A DNA stretch of 64,000 nucleotides from the NCBI RefSeq assembly GCF_036321535.1, contig NC_087453.1, positions 186,001-250,000 of the forward strand. Reading direction: 5' to 3'. Below are positions 60,137-64,000 of the stretch, piece by piece; position 1 is the first letter of the stretch, and each line of letters starts with the position of its first letter. A model generated the notes under the pieces. That model saw only the letters and a list, made by a program, of their open reading frames with translations, was not told the origin of the DNA and ran no database searches. Origin of the DNA: Camelus dromedarius. Lineage: Eukaryota. Both the position numbers and the translations under genes were made by a program.

Positions 60137-63100
60137 GCTTGGAGCTTGGCAGGTGGGTGGGGCCCAGTCCCCACGCTGGCCAAGCCCCTGTGTCCAGGGT
60201 GGGGCTCTGGAACCTCCCATCCTCCAGGTCTCCACCCCCCACCCCTGCCTATTCATCTGTCCAGTGGGGGCGGCCAGCCCATTCTCTCTCTCCCTCGAAG
60301 GTGGCCCTTCCCCTGTATAGGCCACTGCAGGGCACGCTGGGCTGGGGCTGCCGGGCAGGGGCTCCCGGTGCAGTAGTCTGCAGGGACGTTCCCAGCCGGC
60401 AGAGTCTGGTCCTGGATGGCCAGGAGGAGGGCCTGTGGCCTGGGTCTCAGTGCCCTGGGGGCAGCGTGGAGCGGGCAGATGGCCTTCTGGCCCTTGGTGT
60501 GTGAGCTTCATGCCCTACCTGCTTCCTTGGGCCCAAGGCTTGGGAGTGCCTGGTGCCCTGTGGTTCTGGGCTGCCTCACTTCTTGACCTGACACTGGAAC
60601 CCCAGCACCCCACAGCTACCTCCCAGGACAGACCCCAAGTCTGACAGCTGCCGTGCTGATCTGACAGCCCTCCCAACTCTCCACCTCCCACCTCAACTGT
60701 GCCCCGCCCCATCCAGCCCTACCCGACCCCCCAACCCCCCACCAAGGTCCCTCCTCCCATGACCCCCCCACATTCCCCCAGCCATCTTCTGGTTCCTGCA
60801 CTTCTCTCTACCTCTCTGGGCCCACCCTCCCCTGCTGTACAACCCTTGCTGGGCCCGAGCCCCTGTCCCACTGGCCCGGTGGTGGGAGGCAGCCCTGCTC
60901 TGCCATCCCCAGTAGTGCTCCCTGCTTGAGGCAAGAGAGCGGCTCTGCTTCTCCCACTGCAGGGCCGCGGGAGCAGTGGTGAGGGGCCCCGTGAAGCCAT
61001 CTCTGGTCTCAGCCTCCAGCATTGCTAATGCCATTGGCCTAGGTTGGGCAGCCTGCTGGGTTAGGGATGGGCCAGGCTGGGTTCTGGAGTCATGTGGGGC
61101 CCACAGCCATGTGGGGCAGGGAATGGGGGCTTGGCTCTGAGTAGTGACCACTGTGGGAAGCAGCCTTCTGCCTGCTGGTCTGGGTTGGCCCATGGCCAAG
61201 CTCCCATGGGCGCCTCCTTGCACCCTTTTTACCTGCTCTTTCGTTTCTGGTTGTGTGGCCTTTTGAAATGAGAGCTGAAGGCTGGCAAGGGAGCTTGGCC
61301 AAGGTCACAGCAGGGTGGTGGCAGCTCCAGGGCTCTGTCCTGGCTCCCTCTGCTGCCCCAAGGATGGTGAGGTCTGCAGGTTGGTTCAGGTGGAGTCCAG
61401 GCACCCTGAGGAAGCAGCCCCATGGATTCTGGGCTCCTGCCTGGGCCCCACGTTCCGATGTGGCATTGCAGGGACGGGGGATGCTCAGAGCCGCTGAATT
61501 TGAATGGAGCCTGGGGGGTGGGGGTGGGCTGAGGGCTCGGCCTTGCCGATCCTGGATGATGTGAATTTTGATATTTGCCCGTGTGCGTGTGTCTCCTGGG
61601 TGTAGTGGATGCCAGTCTTGTGGCTGTGACAAGTGACAACCTTTTTTTTATTCTGTTTTTTATACAAAAATTCACAACAATCTGACATTTTGGTGCTAAG
61701 GGTTTCCTGGTGCCGACGGTGGTTCTGGGGGCCGGGCTGGGGTCCCTCCCCTGCTCAGGGAGGCAGTGCTGACTGGGCAGCCCTCTGCCCCCAGCCCCTG
61801 GAGAGGAGGGGCTCCAGTGTGGGCTCAGTTCTCTTCACCCTGCACTCGGAAGACAGTTTCCAGGAGGGCTCTAGGGCTGAGTTGCCATGCTGCCCGTCTC
61901 CGGCTTCTTCCTTTGGTTAGAATGCTCTGACCTAAGGCCGTCCTGGCCTGATATGTGGGGAGGGGAGAGACGTGGACTCCCTGGCACCTGATGAGATCCA
62001 TGGGTGGAGGCTTGGGCAGATGGAGGTTTGGTCCAGCATCGAAGCTTAGGCAAGCGGCGTGGGTTTTGGGGCAAGAGGGCTTGCTTTCCTGTGTTCCTGG
62101 GTGTCACTGGTGTGCAGCTGGTGGAGGTAGAGGTGGGTTGGGCAGCTACTGCAGGAGCAGCCTCGTTGTGGGCCGGGGAGCAGGTGCTGGCAGGAGCCCC
62201 ACGTGCCCTTTGTCCTTGTCACCGAGGGCTGGAGAAGGTGGGACCTCAACACCTCTGCTAGGGACAGCCACCCACCCTGGCCTCTCAGGTACTTGTTGGC
62301 CCTTGGAGAGCAGGGGCTGGTTTCGGCTGGGGGATGAGTTTCATTGTCACCCCCTGAAGTCCACGTGTGGTCCCTGGCACGGGAACCCTCTGAGATGTGT
62401 GGGAAGAGGTGGGATCTTGGGTAACTTAATGTTTAGCACTTTAACCCTCTTCTTTGTCTTTAAAGTGGGCATGGGGACTGCTGCCAAAAGTGGGCTCTCC
62501 CTCCCTTTTCCCTCCCTGCTCCCCCTGCTCTGGCTGGTGGGTGGCAGTGGCTCGCTGGTGTGCAGAGCCCTCCTCCCACTGAGGCAGAGCCCTGGGTGGC
62601 TCAGTGGGATCTGCCCACTTCCCACACTGGTGGGAATGCAGCCAGGTAGCCACCTGCCCTTGACTGACACCTTCAGCGAGAGGGACCCAAGTGGCAGACC
62701 CCCCTCACCAGGTGGGCGTGGACTCTGCTTGAGACCCAAGCCTAGGGCACAATGTCAGGTCCCTTTCTGAAGATCTACCTCTGGCCCAGCCCACCCCCTT
62801 GCCCTGAGAACAGGAAAGGGATGACTCAAGAGACCGACACTTCACACAAATAGGATGCACTTTTCTGCTTGTGCAAGGGCAGACAAGTGTCCCCTGGTGT
62901 GACTGGTGGCCCTCGCAGTGGTCGCCCCCCTCCTGTCTCTCTGTTTGGAAGGGAAAGAATGGGTGCACCCTGGCCTTCGGGGAGGGGGCCTGTTCTCGTG
63001 CGCCCCCTCGAAGGGCCCCAGGCAGCTACCCTGAGGGCCTGGGGGCAGCCAGCACCTCCAGCGTGGCAGCCACACATCCTGTACTTTGGGTTTTCTAATG

Positions 63101-63330
63101 CCAGTTCTCCGTAATAAGTGCATTTCGAAGAGAGGTTCCAGCTATCACTTGTAACCATATATATACATATATATTCTATCTACAAAGTGTTTATTTGCAA
63201 GATGTTTTGACGGTGAGCTCGGGCCCTGCCCGCCTAGTGACCATCTGTCCCCGGTCCTCGTTCCCGCCCCTCGGTCCCAAGTGGTGCGGGGGTGGGCCAT
63301 CACCTGTATGTATTAAAAATGACTGTATCA

Positions 63331-63336
63331 AATAAA
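63331..63336 (+). terminator. ZNF512B: ZNF512B polyadenylation signal AATAAA (ATTAAA also at 63312-63317)
   Basis: About 3.2 kb after the stop, followed by U-rich and GU-rich tracts (ttttttttccaggggttttgt). Confidence 0.8.
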
Positions 63337-63369
63337 TGTTTATTGATTTTTTTTCCAGGGGTTTTGTAC

Positions 63370-64000
63370 GTCTGAGTTTGTGGTAAAGCGCGGGTTGGGG
63401 GTCCTTTCTCCCATGGCCGTAGCGCGGCCTCCCGGGACTTGTAGTCCGCGGGGCCCTCTGGCGAGCTCTCGGCGCGGAGCGCTGAACCACAGCTCCCGGC
63501 AGCCTGCGCGGCCGGCCCCCGAGCCCCGCCCCGCCCCGCCCGCGGAGAGGCCCCCGAGCTCATGGCTGCGCCCCCGGCCTCGGCCGACGCCCCCCGCCAG
63601 GCCTCGCCGCTCCCCGCGGCTGGAGACGGGCCGAATCGGCCAGAGGGGAAGACCGAGACCGCGTGCGAGGACCGGTAGGCGCGGCGCGCCCCTCGCGTCC
63701 TGTGGGAGGGGCGGCCCCATGAGCAGGGCCTGGACCAGCGGAGGGTCCGCAGGGCCTGGCAGGGGCCGGCCCTCGCGGACGGCCGTGGGAAGGGGCCCGT
63801 GAGCAGGCCCTGCGCGGGGCCTTGGTCTGTCCCGAGCGGACGGCGTGCTGGGCCGGTGAGCGCCGGGACTGGTTTGGGCGCCCGGCGGAAGCTCCCAAGT
63901 GGTCAGTCTGTTCCGGGACCCGCATGGACTCGGCCCTGCCCCTGCCCCTGCCCCACCCGAGGCCAGGGGTTGTGATGCTGGGCGGCGCCTTCCGTGCCTT
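63370..64000. promoter_or_regulatory. UCKL1 CpG-island promoter and first intron
   Basis: Dense CpG and GC boxes (ccccgccccgccc at about 63525-63540). Confidence 0.8.
63562..63674 (+). CDS. UCKL1: Uridine-cytidine kinase-like 1, exon 1 (gene continues beyond the window)
   Basis: ATG GCT GCG CCC CCG...MAAPPASADAPRQASPLPAAGDGPNRPEGKTETACED CG|gtaggc; matches recalled human MAAPPA...ETACEDR and synteny. Confidence 0.92.

Overview
GC-rich mammalian genomic DNA, probably from a camelid (inferred from five tRNA-Ala(AGC)-derived vic-1-type SINEs plus artiodactyl-type L1 3' ends), syntenic with human 20q13.33 in reversed orientation. Gene order: C20orf204/LINC00176 orthologue (minus, 4 coding exons, 214 aa), PRPF6 (minus, 21 exons, 2826-nt CDS, 941 aa), SAMD10 (plus, 5 exons, 201 aa), ZNF512B (plus, 16 coding exons, 892 aa), and exon 1 of UCKL1 (plus). 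I built all exons by hand from GT-AG junctions with phase checks. Gene and repeat identities and comparisons to human proteins rest on recalled sequences, not database searches. PRPF6 introns hold L1, L2, SINE and Tigger-like fossils. There are two assembly gaps (11054-11206 and 52407-52546). Main leads: (1) the C20orf204 protein has a signal peptide, motif spacings matching TSLP in helices A and C, an IL-7-like helix D, and apparently shared phase-0 introns, suggesting an unrecognised TSLP/IL-7-family cytokine; (2) a 131-bp, 95%-identical inverted duplication starting 32 nt into PRPF6 intron 11; (3) an excess of short, frame-preserving, stop-free introns in ZNF512B, one of which splits the NuRD-interaction motif; (4) palindromic two-strand poly(A) signals at two gene boundaries; (5) an L1 nested in a SINE tail with both target-site duplications readable.
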